Source of the DNA: Mobula hypostoma
Lineage: Eukaryota
Length of the DNA stretch: 64,000 bases
Assembly: GCF_963921235.1 (NCBI RefSeq)
Contig: NC_086108.1
Location: 55,554,001-55,618,000 of the forward strand
Direction of reading: 5' to 3'
The notes under the pieces are model-generated. The model made no database searches, had not been told where the DNA came from, and was given only the letters and a program-made list of their open reading frames with translations. Positions 63,255 through 64,000 of the stretch are shown here, piece after piece (the stretch's first letter is position 1; each line of letters opens with the position of its first letter). A program made the position numbers and the translations under genes.

Positions 63255-63470
63255 AGGTGCTGCTTCACAGAGCCGGAGACACAGGTTCAATCCGGGCCTC
63301 TTTTGCTGTCTGTTGTGGAGTCTGCACATTTTCCCTTTGAGCAGGAGGGTTTACTCCGATTGACTGTGTGCTTTGGTCTTCTCCCGAAGATGTGCAGGTT
63401 GGTAAGCTAAATGGCCTCTGGCAATTTTCCTTGTTTATGGATGAATAGTAGGATCTGAGAGAGTTGATGA
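63255..63470 (+). mobile_element. HE1-like V-SINE
   Basis: GCTGCTTCACAGAGCCGGAGACACAGGTTCAATCC...GTGGAGTCTGCACATTTTCCC...GATGTGCAGGTTGGTAAG. Confidence 0.75.
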
Positions 63471-63812
63471 ATCTGAATCAGAATCGGTTTATTATTACTG
63501 GCATGTGATGTGAAATTTGTTAACTTAGCAGCAGCAGTTCAATGCAATACATAATCTAGCAGAGAGAGAAAAAATAAATAAAATAAAACATAATAATAAA
63601 TAAACAAGTATATCAATCACATATATTGAATAGATTATTAAAAATGTGCAAAAGCAGATTCATATTTTTTAAAAAAGTGAGGTAGTGTTCAAAGCTTCAA
63701 AATCCACTTAGGAATCAGATGGCAGAGGGAAACAAGCTGTTCCTGAATCCGAGTGTGTGCCTTCAGGCTTCTGTACCTCCTACCTGATGGTAACAGTGAG
63801 AAAAGGGCATAA
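63470..63812 (-). mobile_element. Rex1-type LINE 3' end
   Basis: (AATCAG)n tail, GGTTTATTATTACTGGCATGTG and AATCAGATGGCAGAGGG..AAGCTGTTCCTGAA. Confidence 0.8.
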
Positions 63813-64000
63813 TCATACAATTTAAAGGTTACTTACTCTTGAATAGGCAAGTCTTAACATTTTTGGGACATTCAATGGGTACATGTTGGAACTATGTCCT
63901 TTATTTGCTTGAATGCTAAATTTCAATGAGATATTAATGTTATCAAGGGTCGGCAGGAAAGGGCAAACGAGTTTAGGTGCGGCAAACGAGTTTTGGTGCA

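Noticed and set aside
1..64000. Excess of minus-strand LINEs as support for a + strand host gene
   Set aside because: The excess seen by eye is modest and many plus-strand fragments exist. Not persuasive without a proper count.
63955..64000. Repeated GGCAAACGAGTTT at the window edge
   Set aside because: Only two units are visible before the window ends. Probably the start of a repeat leader, and it cannot be classified. Nothing here suggests a CRISPR-like array.

Overview
Eukaryotic, AT-rich, repeat-dense genomic DNA. The repeat mix (HE1-like V-SINEs, Deu-domain SINEs, CR1, Rex1/Babar, L1, RTE, Penelope-like elements, Gypsy LTRs, Tc1) points to a cartilaginous fish, probably a ray (inference from remembered repeat families, not a database search). 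I recognise no host protein-coding exon. Every interpretable ORF is a transposon remnant. The window looks like the interior of a very long intron of a + strand gene. The best non-repeat signal is a candidate recursive splice site at 10780/10781: branch point, polypyrimidine tract and CAG directly followed by GTAAGT, then a 46-nt cryptic exon with stops in all three frames and its own donor. The second highlight is a Penelope-derived system: a young GIY-YIG-encoding copy with an intact minimal hammerhead ribozyme, plus two ~220-bp non-coding fold-back elements with target-site duplications (TSDs) whose two arms share copy-private mutations. Also notable are a Tc1-type MITE with self-palindromic TIRs, an RT-less RTE element with TSDs, and an old LINE apparently split by 4.9 kb. 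Repeat boundaries without TSDs are approximate.
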